This document shows, one piece after another, positions 63,737-64,000 of a stretch of DNA of 64,000 nt. How positions within the stretch are numbered: the first letter of the stretch is position 1; every line of letters starts with the position of its first letter. The notes under the pieces are model-generated. The model saw only the letters and a list, made by a program, of their open reading frames with translations. It did not search any database and had not been told where the DNA came from. Origin of the DNA: a virus; IMG/VR virus record IMGVR_UViG_3300045988_121434, positions 32,001 through 96,000 of that record; one strand, 5' to 3'. Both the position numbers and the translations under genes were made by a program.

Positions 63737-64000
63737 ATGATTTATAACAAAGAAATAAACGGGGTAAAATTTACGTTTGTTTGCGAGTCTTGGAGAGCTT
63801 GTAACAGTTGGGGACACGAAGTAACATTATATAAAAATGATACTTTCAGAGTAGGCCGGGCAAAGGTACGCTATTACAATAGAACGTGGGAATGTTACCA
63901 GTACCAGAGAGCTATAAAAAGCGTTATTTATAACGCTATCGAAGAAATAAAAGCGGTTGCAAAAAAGGTGTTTTTAACTTTGCATAACTACAAAGTTATG
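63737..64000 (+). CDS. hypothetical protein, 3'-truncated by the window end
   Basis: MIYNKEINGVKFTFVCESWRACNSWGHE... The frame stays open to the last base of the window. Confidence 0.45.
   Translation, partial: MIYNKEINGVKFTFVCESWRACNSWGHEVTLYKNDTFRVGRAKVRYYNRTWECYQYQRAIKSVIYNAIEEIKAVAKKVFLTLHNYKVM

Noticed and set aside
1-64000. Genome-wide TGA-to-Trp (code 4) or TAG-to-Gln (code 15) recoding, as known for some gut phages.
   Set aside because: Very long ORFs (1790, 1757, 935 and 664 aa) are intact under the standard code, gene ends look normal, and I recognised no suppressor tRNA. Only the single TGA in the radical-SAM gene is suspicious, and it is reported separately.
59907-64000. Calling 60-64 kb a prophage/host junction with an att site.
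   Set aside because: There is no integrase, tRNA or direct-repeat pair to define ends. ORF 61754..62197 has a paralogue at 28064..28420, and the XRE/divergent-gene layout looks like phage early control. The region is therefore kept as phage.

Overview
This 64-kb window looks like a tailed dsDNA phage, or the interior of a prophage. I recognised no rRNA, tRNA, CRISPR array, integrase or att site. The host is probably a Bacteroidota member. That rests on several near-consensus Bacteroides-type promoters (TTTG, 19-21 nt spacer, TAnnTTTG), few Shine-Dalgarno sequences and a lipobox lipoprotein. Layout: 0.1-11.3 kb holds plus-strand early and accessory genes. These include a Gly-X repeat protein, two GNAT acetyltransferases, YopX, an RtcB RNA ligase and a 4.4-kb cytosine-5 methyltransferase locus. 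11.4-18.8 kb is a minus-strand block with the large terminase, two amino-methyltransferases, a PP-loop/PAPS-reductase (IbrA-like) enzyme and a radical-SAM enzyme. 18.9-25.5 kb holds the 1790-aa tape measure and two upstream genes. 25.7-26.2 kb is an iteron-rich putative origin, followed by a BT4734/VirE_N-like replication protein. Next come nucleotide-metabolism genes (guanylate-kinase-like, ThyX-like, MazG-like). 31.5-35.2 kb is the head module (S49 protease-scaffold, major capsid). A LysR-type regulator sits inside the structural region, and a putative portal starts at 40.4 kb. 45-54 kb holds large virion proteins and a 1757-aa fibre. 54.4-59.9 kb holds holin-like proteins, a collagen-like fibre, a BspA-type LRR protein and a GH19 endolysin. 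60-64 kb is a regulatory region with a lipoprotein and an XRE regulator. The most unusual feature is at 3964-8360. A single circularly permuted C5-DNA-methyltransferase core (motif order IX-X-I-II-IV-VI-VIII) is flanked by 13 micro-ORFs of 43-109 codons. Each micro-ORF resembles one target-recognition domain (TRD). They are chained by a conserved overlapping stop/start junction (GARTATGAMTRA), and several carry G5-G11 tracts, two of which break the frame. I interpret this as a split, modular, multispecific anti-restriction methylation system; that reading is an inference. Other notable points: an in-frame TGA at a probable Trp codon in the radical-SAM gene; a sharp codon-usage switch inside the fibre gene that persists for 10 kb; phased 23-bp repeats after the portal gene; and two candidate non-coding RNA regions. 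All calls come from reading the sequence and ORF track by eye, with no searches run.
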